A stretch of DNA of 64,000 bases from Acidobacteriota bacterium (GTDB lineage Bacteria; Acidobacteriota; UBA6911; RPQK01; JAJDTT01), in NCBI GenBank assembly GCA_965217775.1, contig CBDCJH010000002.1, forward strand, positions 3,712,001-3,776,000. Direction: 5' to 3'. The position numbers and the translations under genes are program-made. Below are positions 1 to 8,706 of this stretch, one piece after another. The notes under the pieces were generated by a model. That model had not been told where the DNA came from, made no database searches, and saw nothing but the letters and a program-made list of their open reading frames with translations. Position 1 is the first letter of the stretch. The number at the start of each line of letters is the position of its first letter.

Positions 1-1752
1 AGGACCGGCAAGCCGGTGTCGTTCAATCGGGAGGCGACGCGGATTGTCGAATCCCTGCAGACGCCGGGCCGTTCCCCGGAGCAGTTGCTGGAGATCATGA
101 CGTTCCGGCGCGGCGACGGGCGGGAGATCTCCCTCACGGAGTTCCCCATGGCTCAAGCGATGCGCAACGCCGAGACCGTGCGTGCCGAGGAGATCGTTCT
201 CCAGGTCCCCGACGGCCGAAGCGTCACCACACTGGTCAACGCCACGCCGATCCGGACCGAGGACGGCACAGTCGAGTCCATGGTCGTCACGCTGCAGGAC
301 CTTGCACCCCTCGAGGAACTGGAGCGTTTACGGGCCGAGTTCCTGGGCATGGTGAGCCACGAACTGCGGGCTCCCCTGACCTCCATCAAAGGCTCGGCGG
401 CTACGGTGCTTGGGGCCTCTCCGGCCCCGGACCCGGCTGAAATGCTCCAGTTCTTCCGCATCATCGACGATCAGGCCGATCACATGCGCGGCCTGATCAG
501 CGACCTGTTGGACGCCGGGCGCATCGAGACGGGCACGCTGTCGGTCGCCCCCGAGCCCGCCAAGGTGGCCGGCCTGGTGGACCAGGCCAGAAACACGTTC
601 CTGAGTGGAGGCGGCAGGCATACCGTCCACATCGACCTGCCCTCGGAATTGCCTCGGGTGATGGCCGACCGGCGGCGCATCGTCCAGGTTTTGAACAACC
701 TCTTGTCCAACGCGTCCCGCTACTCGCCCGAGTCGTCCCCCATCCGGATCGCTGCGGTCCAGAACGGCGTTTACGTGGCGATTTCGGTATCGGACGAAGG
801 CCGGGGGGTGCCTCCGGAACTGCTGCCGCACCTGTTCCGGAAGCACGCCCGTGTGGGCGGCCGGGATCGCGGGCTTGGCGGGTCCGGCCTGGGGCTTGCC
901 ATCTGCAAGGGTCTGGTGGAGGCCCACGGGGGGCGCATCCGGGCCGAAAGTGGCGGACCGGGTCTGGGCTCGAGGTTCACCATCACGATTCCGGTGGCCG
1001 AAGAGGACGGGGCCGTCACCTCAGCCAGCTTCTCACGGAGCACTTCCCACCCGCCTCGAGAAGTGCGGGAGCGAACCCGCATCCTGGTGGTGGACGACGA
1101 CCCGCAGACGCTCCGCTACGTTCGGGACGCGCTGGCGGCGGCCGGCTACTCCCCGATCGTGACAGGCGACCCTCAGGAGGTGCCCCACCTGATCACGACG
1201 AAGCAGCCGCGGCTGGTGCTTCTGGACCTGATGTTGCCCGGGACCGATGGGATCGAGATGATGGAGCACGTCGCCGAGATGGCCGATCTCCCGGTCATCT
1301 TCATCTCCGGCTACGGAAGGGACGAGACGATCGCCCGGGCTCTGGGAATCGGCGCCGCCGACTACATCGTCAAGCCCTTCTCGCCGACGGAGCTGTTGGC
1401 GAGAGTCCAAGCGGCCCTGCGACGCCGCGATGAGCCGCCCGAACCCTTCCGGTTGGGGGATCTGGCCATCCAATACGCGGAACGCCGCGTGACCCTGGCC
1501 GGCCGTCCCGTGCAATTGACGGCTACCGAATACGAGCTGCTCCGAGTGCTCTCGGTCAACGCGGGAAGGGTAGTGACGTACGATTCCCTGCTGCGCCAAG
1601 TCTGGGGCCGGCAGGGGTCCGGCGACTTTCGTCCGGTGCGCGCCTTCGTGAAGAAGCTCCGTCGCAAGCTGGGCGACAACGCGACCGATCCAACCTATAT
1701 CTTTACCGAGCGCCAAGTCGGTTACCGAATGGCCAATCCAGGCGACTCTTGA
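1..1752 (+). CDS. Hybrid sensor histidine kinase fused to an OmpR-type response regulator (PAS-HisKA-HATPase-REC-winged helix); 5' end outside the window
   Basis: Frame is open from base 1. H-box (MVSHELRAPLTSI), N-box (VLNNLLSNA), G boxes (DEGRG, GSGLGLAI), receiver (ILVVDDD...LLDLMLP...KPF) and a C-terminal Trans_reg_C-like region (LTATEYELL...VWG...VKKLRRKL...GYR). Confidence 0.92.
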   Translation, partial: RTGKPVSFNREATRIVESLQTPGRSPEQLLEIMTFRRGDGREISLTEFPMAQAMRNAETVRAEEIVLQVPDGRSVTTLVNATPIRTEDGTVESMVVTLQDLAPLEELERLRAEFLGMVSHELRAPLTSIKGSAATVLGASPAPDPAEMLQFFRIIDDQADHMRGLISDLLDAGRIETGTLSVAPEPAKVAGLVDQARNTFLSGGGRHTVHIDLPSELPRVMADRRRIVQVLNNLLSNASRYSPESSPIRIAAVQNGVYVAISVSDEGRGVPPELLPHLFRKHARVGGRDRGLGGSGLGLAICKGLVEAHGGRIRAESGGPGLGSRFTITIPVAEEDGAVTSASFSRSTSHPPREVRERTRILVVDDDPQTLRYVRDALAAAGYSPIVTGDPQEVPHLITTKQPRLVLLDLMLPGTDGIEMMEHVAEMADLPVIFISGYGRDETIARALGIGAADYIVKPFSPTELLARVQAALRRRDEPPEPFRLGDLAIQYAERRVTLAGRPVQLTATEYELLRVLSVNAGRVVTYDSLLRQVWGRQGSGDFRPVRAFVKKLRRKLGDNATDPTYIFTERQVGYRMANPGDS

Positions 1753-1836
1753 GGCCCCGCCTTTCCGGGTCGAAAGAGACCGGCGTGCGAGCCCGCGAAC
1801 GGTATTGGATGCTGAAAGAGTCCTGCCGGCCCCCGA

Positions 1837-3261
1837 TCAAGACCGTACGCCGATAGGCAAAAGCTCCACGCCTTCCCCCTCCTCGGGTTTCTTGATGCGA
1901 AACCGCACCGAGGTCACCTCCGATCCATGGGGCCCGAATCGGTTCTTGAAGCCTTCCCGCTGGCCGACCATGAAGATGGAGCCGTCCTCCAGCACGCAGG
2001 CGCTGGGGTAGTAGGACTTGGGATCACACTTGAAGCCGCGCCCCGGCGCCGGTTTCACCCAGGTCTTCCCATTGTCGCGGCTGTAGATCACCTCACCGTT
2101 GTTCGGCACCTTGGGATCGTCGCCGCTGAGTCTGTGGCGGCCCCCAAAGACGACGGCGGTGACTCCGTCGGGCGTCGCCACCACGTCCCCCCGCCGGTAC
2201 AGTTTGGGGCCGAGAAGCTCGCTTCCAAAGTTGGGATCTTCGATGACCGGGTCGGTCAGGAGCAGACGCGGCGGGGACCAGGTCCTTCCGTCGTCGTAGG
2301 ACTGATACCAGGCCGACGTCGGCCGGCAGGGAAAACCGAGGCTGCCGTCCGGCAAGTAGGCAACTGTGCCTTCGTCCATATCGTAGTCATTGCTTCCGAT
2401 CACCGACACGGTCGACCAGGTGCCGCCCTTGTTCTCGGAGCGCATCAGGAGCATGAGCCAACGGGGGTGTTCGCTGGGCCAGCCCTTTCCCCCGGGAATG
2501 GGTGCGGCGGAGGCGAAGAGTTGCAGCGAGCCGTCCCTGCCCTCGAACATGCTGTAGGGAGCATCCATGTCGGCGAGCCCGACGAAGCGTGTCACCTCCT
2601 TCCAGGTGTGGCCACTGTCGTCGCTTCGAAAGATCAGGGTCTTCGATTGCCGGTTGACCGCAATTCGGGCGTACTCGAGGGCATTCATGGGCATCTGGTT
2701 GAAGTAGCCCCAATGGGGTTTCAGCCGGGCTCCCGCAATCATCGTCCCGTCACTCAGTTGCACCACGTCACCGACGTAGTAGGCGCCGGGCACCACCGGA
2801 AACGAGCGGGGCCGGCTCCAGGTCTTCCCCTGGTCCCGGCTGCGGATCCACATCATCCTTCCGCCCTCGGGCGCATCCCAATCCCCGAGCCATTTTCGAT
2901 CCGGCCGTAACAAGCGCTGCCGGGCCTCCGGAGGCATGTCCCAGGGGGTGGGCCAGGAAGCGTGCCAATAGCCGGCCGAGAAGGTCACGAAAAGATCGCC
3001 ATTCTGCAGCCGGCACACCGTCGGCCACCCGCAATAACCGCCGAACCCGCGGAAGGGCTCCGGCGGGTTGACGTCGGGAGAAACGATGATCTTTCGGTAC
3101 TTCTCGAAATCCACCCGGGGCTCGTCGCCCGTAATCAAGGCCATGACAGGTGGAATAGAAGCCGCGGCGGACTTCTTCTTGCCTGCTCCGGCGAGACCGG
3201 TGGTTGCCAATGCGGCTGCTGAAGTGGACAGAACATCCCGGCGGGTCAATTGGACGGCCAT
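1837..3261 (-). CDS. Tat-exported BNR/Asp-box (sialidase-like) beta-propeller protein
   Basis: Start ATG at 3261 after a GAGGAGG RBS; twin-arginine signal (LTRRDVL); repeated Asp-boxes SRDQGKTW, SDDSGHTW, SENKGGTW, SYDDGRTW, SRDNGKTW. Confidence 0.8.
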   Translation of the reverse strand: MAVQLTRRDVLSTSAAALATTGLAGAGKKKSAAASIPPVMALITGDEPRVDFEKYRKIIVSPDVNPPEPFRGFGGYCGWPTVCRLQNGDLFVTFSAGYWHASWPTPWDMPPEARQRLLRPDRKWLGDWDAPEGGRMMWIRSRDQGKTWSRPRSFPVVPGAYYVGDVVQLSDGTMIAGARLKPHWGYFNQMPMNALEYARIAVNRQSKTLIFRSDDSGHTWKEVTRFVGLADMDAPYSMFEGRDGSLQLFASAAPIPGGKGWPSEHPRWLMLLMRSENKGGTWSTVSVIGSNDYDMDEGTVAYLPDGSLGFPCRPTSAWYQSYDDGRTWSPPRLLLTDPVIEDPNFGSELLGPKLYRRGDVVATPDGVTAVVFGGRHRLSGDDPKVPNNGEVIYSRDNGKTWVKPAPGRGFKCDPKSYYPSACVLEDGSIFMVGQREGFKNRFGPHGSEVTSVRFRIKKPEEGEGVELLPIGVRS

Positions 3262-3353
3262 TTCTTCGCCTCCTCGCTGTGTCGAACGGAAACAATAAGG
3301 GCTTATATACTTGACTAGCCAAGACGTCACACAAGTGTTCGACAATTCTCACC

Positions 3354-4535
3354 ATGAAAGCTCGCGCCACTATCCAGTGCAGAGCCAAGCTGTCCAAGGG
3401 CGGAATCCGGCGGTTGGACTGGGTGAGGTCCATCCTGAATCGGCTGTACAACGCTGCACTGGAGGAACGCAGGACGGCCTGGGAGTCCGAGCAGCGCGGC
3501 GTGACCCTGTACGATCAGATGAAGGGGTTGACCTCCCAGAGGAAGGACGATCCGGAGGGGCTCGGGTCCGTGGCGGTCAAGGCGGAGCGTGGGATGTTGA
3601 TACGGTTGGACCGGGCCTTCAAGGCGTTCTTCCGTCGCTGCAAGGCGGGGGAGAAGCCGGGGTATCCTCGGTTCCGGGCCATTGCCAGGATGGAGACCAT
3701 CGACGTCGTCGACCCGAAGGCGACCCTGGTGAAGAAGCGGGCTCGAGGCTACGCCATCCGGCCCAAGGGCTTCCCGACGATCCGGATCTTTCCGTCCCGG
3801 CCGTTGCCGCACGGATGTCCGTTGAAGGTGTTGCGGATCGTCCGCAAGCCGAACCGGGTGTATGTGGACCTGACCTACGAGGTGGAGAAGCAGCCGCTAC
3901 CGAAGTGCGGGTCTTCGGTGGGGATCGACCTGGGAGTCCGCAAACGGGCGGTGCTGTCCACGGGTGAGAGGATCGAACGGAATCGACGGGACTGGGGAGA
4001 GATCCGAAAGCAGCAGCGAAAGGTGTCCCGGTGCCAGCGCGGGTCGAACCGGCGCCGGAAGCGGGTTCGACGGTTGGCGGCGATTCGGTTCCGGGAGGGA
4101 GTCCGAAGCCGGAACGCGTGTCACCGGGCCACGACCCGGATCGTCCGTGAGCACGGACGGATCGCCGTCGAGAAACTGAACATCCAGGGGATGACCACGA
4201 AGGGCCGGAACAAGAAGGGTCTGAATCGGGAGATCCTCACCCAATCCTGGGGACTTCTCCGCAACCAGCTCCAGCACAAGGCAGAGTGGGCCGGTCGGGA
4301 GTTCGTGGAAGTCAACGCGGCATACACGTCGCAGGACTGCCACCGGTGTGGCGCCAGGAACCAACCTGGGAGAAGCGAGACGTATCGCTGCGCTTCCTGC
4401 GGACTCAAAATGGATCGCGACCACAACGCCGCGATCAACATTCTCAGGGCTGGGGTTTCCGCCCTGGGCGCCGGAACGTGGGGCAGTGGCCCGAGCGTGG
4501 CGCCGGAACTGTGTACTGGAAGGCCCGGTGGCTAG
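3354..4535 (+). CDS. tnpB: RNA-guided endonuclease TnpB (IS200/IS605 OrfB family)
   Basis: N-terminal LYNAALEERR...GEKPGYPRF; RuvC-I GIDLG, RuvC-II IAVEKL, zinc finger CHRC...CASC, RuvC-III DRDHNAAINIL; all three catalytic acidic residues present. Confidence 0.95.
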   Translation: MKARATIQCRAKLSKGGIRRLDWVRSILNRLYNAALEERRTAWESEQRGVTLYDQMKGLTSQRKDDPEGLGSVAVKAERGMLIRLDRAFKAFFRRCKAGEKPGYPRFRAIARMETIDVVDPKATLVKKRARGYAIRPKGFPTIRIFPSRPLPHGCPLKVLRIVRKPNRVYVDLTYEVEKQPLPKCGSSVGIDLGVRKRAVLSTGERIERNRRDWGEIRKQQRKVSRCQRGSNRRRKRVRRLAAIRFREGVRSRNACHRATTRIVREHGRIAVEKLNIQGMTTKGRNKKGLNREILTQSWGLLRNQLQHKAEWAGREFVEVNAAYTSQDCHRCGARNQPGRSETYRCASCGLKMDRDHNAAINILRAGVSALGAGTWGSGPSVAPELCTGRPGG

Positions 4536-4552
4536 CCAAGTATATAAGCCCC
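4443..4552 (+). ncRNA. Putative TnpB omegaRNA scaffold overlapping the tnpB 3' end and the right TIR
   Basis: Nested stems just after the NAAINIL codons: GGGC/GCCC (4447-4464); GGCGCC/GGCGCC with ACG/CGT and GGGC/GCCC (4467-4504) followed by GAA; terminal hairpin 4512-4544. The location matches known TnpB omegaRNAs; boundaries are inferred. Confidence 0.6.
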
Positions 4553-4741
4553 AAACAATACGACCGAGCCCGACAAGGTCTCCGGTCCAAGACTTGTCTT
4601 TTATCGCATATCAGGATCCCCGCCTCTATCGGAGCGGTACAGCCAAGGCCTGATGACGGAAACGGAGGTGAGGGTCGGAGCCCGGAAATCACCGATGCAC
4701 CGGGAAGTCAATGTGGATTCGGAGGCGACTCTGGACCGGAT

Positions 4742-5428
4742 TTATCGGGTGGTCTCGGGAGCTTCGTAGATCACGACTGCCATACTTTTCATGCCGGCAT
4801 CGACACCTGCACCTAGCAGCCCGTGGCAAAAGTCGCCACGGCATCCGACCGTCCCTGCATCCCGGCGGACTGCGTTGCGATTCGATCACATACTCCCGGT
4901 ATGCTCCCGAATCGCGCCTTGTCCGGCGGGCGCAGGAACGGTCTCGGTGCTCGCGGGACTTTCACCACGGACTGCTAGTCCGGCGCCAATTGCCATTGCA
5001 ATCCCAGCAAATACCAGCGTGTAAAACACCACACCGGCCCCAGTCAGGTCGCCAGTTCCATTGCCGGCAAAATCGACCAAAGAAACCCCGGCGCCAACTC
5101 CAGCACCGACTGCCGCTCCCATTGCAGCTCCGTTAGCCAGACCATCCTTCGGCTGAACTGAGACTGTCCGGATGGCCTCTTTGGGGATGACCACTCGAAC
5201 GGAACGCGTTTCGATATCGACACCTGAGGCGGACAGACCTTCAAAATTTCCTTCGAGTGGATCCCCATTCTTCAATTCCAACGTGATGCGCGCTCCCAAG
5301 TCCAGATTTGCGACCTTCTCCCAACGTCCCGGAATCACCCCTGCCCGCACCGGCTGCAAGATCAGTCCCGCCAGGATCAATGAGACGCAGTGCATCCGGC
5401 ACGACCGCATCCACTTTCCGTTCATCAT
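4742..5428 (-). pseudogene. Small secreted/membrane glycine-zipper-like protein interrupted near its C-terminus by MITE copy 1
   Basis: ATG 5428 with GAGGAGG RBS, signal-like N-terminus, Gly/Ala-rich hydrophobic C-terminus. The current ORF stops inside the MITE at 4886; removing the MITE restores ...IGAGLGAGVDAGMKSMAVVIYEAPETTR* ending at 4742. Confidence 0.7.
4817..4974. mobile_element. Palindromic MITE family A, copy 1 (158 bp, CTAG TSD)
   Basis: Ends CAGCCCGTGGCAAAAGTC ... GACTTTCACCACGGACTG; CTAG on both sides; near-identical copies at 45889, 53050 and 57747. Confidence 0.9.
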
Positions 5429-5835
5429 GGCATCACCTCCTCGGAGTTCCTCCGCGACCCACGACCCGTCGGTGACGTTCACGGTTACCAACGAATCCTG
5501 GATCGTTTGTCCTCCTCAGGTTTCGAGCAACCGCGAAGAGAGACAGTGACTCGGTATCAGGAAATGTGATTTTTTTGCCGGAATGGGCTCAGCGAAGCCG
5601 GAATTGGTTGGGTTGTACAGAACGCAGGGTTGCTTGGAAAGGAAGGTCAACCCATCCGTGAGTTGTTGAAGTGAACCGATTTCGGCCGATCAGAACAGGG
5701 GAGAGCGGCGGACCGAGGATAGACCATCCAGGTCAGTGAACGGAGACCCGACCAAACCAATTGTTCAGGTGCTCGGCAAAGAAGTCTCCCACCGGCTGCG
5801 GGCCGGCGCAATCCGCGCAGAAAAAAGGGTGGCGT

Positions 5836-5905
5836 GGGAGCGGGGGCTTTCCAGCCGCCGGTTGCGGGTCGGCGATGAAGAGGGGGACAAAATGTCCCCC
5901 CTCCC
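5836..5905. repeat. Inverted pair of GGAG-type REP palindromes
   Basis: GGGAGCGGGGGCTTTCCAGCCGCCG and GGGGGACAAAATGTCCCCCCTCCC, just downstream of a minus-strand gene. Confidence 0.6.
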
Positions 5906-5914
5906 AGGTCGCCC

Positions 5915-6544
5915 CTATTTGTCGACCCACTGGCCTTTCCCCTCCACAAAGTGCGCTTCCGCAACCACGCGCCCGTCTCTGCGGGCGACCCACTTCCCGT
6001 GCTGTTTCCCCTCCAGATACGAGCCTTGATTGACGATCCCGTTCGCGTCGCGAATGACCCACTTTCCGTGCCGCTGTCCCTTCACATACCGGCCTTCGCC
6101 GACGGTCCCGTTCGCCCAGCGCTCGACCCAGCGCCCGTGCCGCTGCCCCCCCGAAAACGTGCCTTCCGAGACGCCCCCGTCCGCCCATTGCATGACCCAG
6201 CGCCCGTGCCGTTTCCCGGCGCGGAGGCGCCCCGTAGTTTCGATGGTTTCCTGGTCGCCGTCCCAGGCCCATTTCAGAGTTCCGGTCCCCTGAGCCATGC
6301 CCTCGGCACACTCTGCCGTCCAACTCACAGTCGCGTCCGGCCTGAGGTTCGAAGTCCGGACCTGGCATCCCGGTGGGTTGGACAACTCCCGCCAGCAGGC
6401 CGCGCCCTTCGGCCGGCCCGTGCACGTGGGTTCGCCGCGGAATAAGGCCACCGACCCCGCACGGGACTTCCGATCGGTATCCTTCTCGGCCTGGGAAACG
6501 CTCAACAGGACCAAGACAAGAACACTCGGAATCCCTGAGGGCAT
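5915..6544 (-). CDS. Secreted MORN-repeat-like protein
   Basis: Signal peptide; repeated motifs GKRHGRW, GQRHGRW, GQRHGKW, GKQHGKW at about 23-aa spacing. Confidence 0.75.
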   Translation of the reverse strand: MPSGIPSVLVLVLLSVSQAEKDTDRKSRAGSVALFRGEPTCTGRPKGAACWRELSNPPGCQVRTSNLRPDATVSWTAECAEGMAQGTGTLKWAWDGDQETIETTGRLRAGKRHGRWVMQWADGGVSEGTFSGGQRHGRWVERWANGTVGEGRYVKGQRHGKWVIRDANGIVNQGSYLEGKQHGKWVARRDGRVVAEAHFVEGKGQWVDK

Positions 6545-6609
6545 GGGAGTTATCTCCCGTGGGTCATTTTTGCAATCGAAGGTTGGTCAAGGGGATGGGT
6601 GGCATCGCT

Positions 6610-8706
6610 TCAGGCCAGGGGCGAGATCAACAGATTCCCGAAGCGGTCCACCTCCAGCTGAAAGCCCGGCTGGACCAGGGTCGTGGAATCGATCTCTTCC
6701 ACGATGGCGGGACCCTCGATCCGGTGGCCCGCCTTCAGTTGGGTCCGATCGTAGATGGCCGTCGGCACGAAATCTCCCTGGGATCCGAAGTACACCGGTC
6801 GCTGGTCCACGGCGGACGCTTGGGAACCGTTCGCTGACGAGATCTCCCGGAACCGCGGCTTCTGGATGGCCCCCAGCGCGGTCAGCCGGAAATTCACCAA
6901 CTCGATGGGTTGGTCCGGGTAACCGTGACCATAGGCTCGATCGTGCTCGACGTGGAACCGCTCCACCACGTCCTCCAGTTCCGCCGAGGTCACTTCTCCT
7001 CCCGGGCATTCGATGGGAAGCTCGTAGGACTGTCCCGCGTAACGCATCTCGATCTGACGCTGAAAGCTGATGTCCTTCTCCGCCAACCTCTCGCGCTTCA
7101 GACCTGCCCGGCCCTGATCCTCCATGGCGGCGAAGATGCGGTTGATCTCGTCGAAGTCCGTTCGGTCCTTCGGCATGATCCGGGTTTGGGAAAACTCGTG
7201 TTTGAGATCGGTGACCAGCAAGCCCAGCGCGGAGGCCGTCCCGGGACTCGGGGGCACGATGAGCAGCGGGATCTGCATCTCGGCGCAGAGGCGATTGGCG
7301 TGCAGCGGTCCGGCTCCGCCGAAGGCCACCATCACCAGGTCCCGGGGGTCGTAGCCGCGCCGAACGGTGGTGATCCGCAGGGCGTTGGTCATCTCGGCGT
7401 TGGCGATCTCCACGATCCCGTTGGCGCATTCCACCACCTCCATTGAGAGGCGCTGCGCGCACCGGCTGCGGATCCCTTCCCGGGCGTCGTCCAGGTCGAG
7501 ACCCATCTCCCCGCCCAGAAAGAACTCGGGATTGAGCCGGCCCAGAACCAGATTGGCGTCGGTGATGGTGGGATCCGTCCCGCCGTATCCATAGCAGATG
7601 GGCCCGGGATCGGCTCCCGCGCTCTGGGGCCCCACTCTCAGAATTCCTCCCGTGTCCACCCAGGCGACGCTTCCTCCTCCCGCGCCGATCTCCACCAGGT
7701 CGATGACCGGGGTCCGGATCGGGTATCCGCTGCCCCGGGACTGGCCGACTCCGGGCAAGGCCTGGGCGCCGACCTCGTACTCCTTGGTCACCTTGGGGCG
7801 CCCGTCCAGGATCAGACCCACCTTGGCCGTGGTGCCCCCCATGTCGAAGGAGATGACATCCTTGTGACCCAGGGCGCCGGCGATGAAGTTGGAGACGATC
7901 ACGCCGGCGGCCGGTCCCGACTCCACCATGTATGCCGGCTTCTCGGCCCCGGTTTCGAAGGTCAGCACTCCGCCGCTGGACTGCATGACCAGAAGCTCGC
8001 CCGACACCCCCTGTCCCCTCAACCGCCTCTCGATCCCCCGCAGATAGCGGGTGATCACCGGCCGGACGCAGGCGTTGATGACGGTGGTGCTGGCGCGGAA
8101 GTATTCCCGGAATTCCGGGCAGACGACGGAAGAGAGAGAGATGATCAGATTCGGATTCCGTTCCCGAAGGATTTCGCCGACCCGCAACTCGTGTGCCGGA
8201 TTCAGATAGGAGTGCAGGAGGCAGACGGCCACCGAAACCACGCCTTCCCGTTCCAGCTTGGCGGCGACCTCGCGCACCCGCTCCTCGTCCAGGGCCAGCA
8301 GCACGTTCCCCTCGGCATCCAATCGTTCGGGGACCTCGAAGCAGAGGTCGCGTGGAACCAGAGGCCGGGGCTTCTCGAAATGGATGTCGTAGAGGGAAGG
8401 CCGGACCTGCCGTGCGATCTCCAGCATGTCGCGGAAGCCTCCGGTGGTGATGAAGGCGCAGCGGGGCGTCTTCCCTTCGATCAGGGCGTTGGTGGCCACC
8501 GTCGTGCCATGCACCAGGTAGGAAATTTGCTCAGGTTCCAATCCGTCCGCCAGGATCCGGTCCACCGCGTTCACGAAACCGACCGCGGGATCGCTGGGAG
8601 TCGAGGGGACCTTGGCGGTCTGAGATTCGCCGGTCTCCTCCGAGATCAGGACCGCGTCGGTGAAGGTGCCTCCCACGTCGACGCCCACTCGAAATTGGGC
8701 TTTCAT
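6610..8706 (-). CDS. hyuA: Hydantoinase/oxoprolinase subunit A (N-methylhydantoinase A family)
   Basis: Motifs GVDVGGTFTD, HGTTVATNA, ESGPAAG, DMGGTT, GAGGGS, GPQSAGADPGP, FGGAGPLH. Confidence 0.93.
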   Translation of the reverse strand: MKAQFRVGVDVGGTFTDAVLISEETGESQTAKVPSTPSDPAVGFVNAVDRILADGLEPEQISYLVHGTTVATNALIEGKTPRCAFITTGGFRDMLEIARQVRPSLYDIHFEKPRPLVPRDLCFEVPERLDAEGNVLLALDEERVREVAAKLEREGVVSVAVCLLHSYLNPAHELRVGEILRERNPNLIISLSSVVCPEFREYFRASTTVINACVRPVITRYLRGIERRLRGQGVSGELLVMQSSGGVLTFETGAEKPAYMVESGPAAGVIVSNFIAGALGHKDVISFDMGGTTAKVGLILDGRPKVTKEYEVGAQALPGVGQSRGSGYPIRTPVIDLVEIGAGGGSVAWVDTGGILRVGPQSAGADPGPICYGYGGTDPTITDANLVLGRLNPEFFLGGEMGLDLDDAREGIRSRCAQRLSMEVVECANGIVEIANAEMTNALRITTVRRGYDPRDLVMVAFGGAGPLHANRLCAEMQIPLLIVPPSPGTASALGLLVTDLKHEFSQTRIMPKDRTDFDEINRIFAAMEDQGRAGLKRERLAEKDISFQRQIEMRYAGQSYELPIECPGGEVTSAELEDVVERFHVEHDRAYGHGYPDQPIELVNFRLTALGAIQKPRFREISSANGSQASAVDQRPVYFGSQGDFVPTAIYDRTQLKAGHRIEGPAIVEEIDSTTLVQPGFQLEVDRFGNLLISPLA

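Larger units (their letters stand above)
3298..4552 (+). mobile_element. Non-autonomous TnpB-only element with 24-bp terminal inverted repeats and 8-bp TSD (IS1595-like ends)
   Basis: Left end AGGGCTTATATACTTGACTAGCCA (3298-3321) vs reverse complement of right end GGGGCTTATATACTTGGCTAGCCA (4529-4552), 22/24 identical. Exact direct repeat AAACAATA at 3290-3297 and 4553-4560. No transposase inside. The IS1595 assignment is inference. Confidence 0.88.

Noticed and set aside
3262-3345. N-terminal extension of the sialidase ORF (track start 3345)
   Set aside because: It runs through the TnpB element TIR; the RBS and Tat motif support ATG 3261.
3354-4535. Cas12f-type CRISPR effector or nuclease-dead TnpB (TldR)
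   Set aside because: There is no adjacent CRISPR array, and all RuvC catalytic residues are present.
5520-5800. Possible riboswitch or ncRNA in the long intergenic region
   Set aside because: Only a weak inverted repeat (AATTGGTTGGGT / ACCAAACCAATT) was seen, with no recognisable family consensus; an Rfam scan would be needed.
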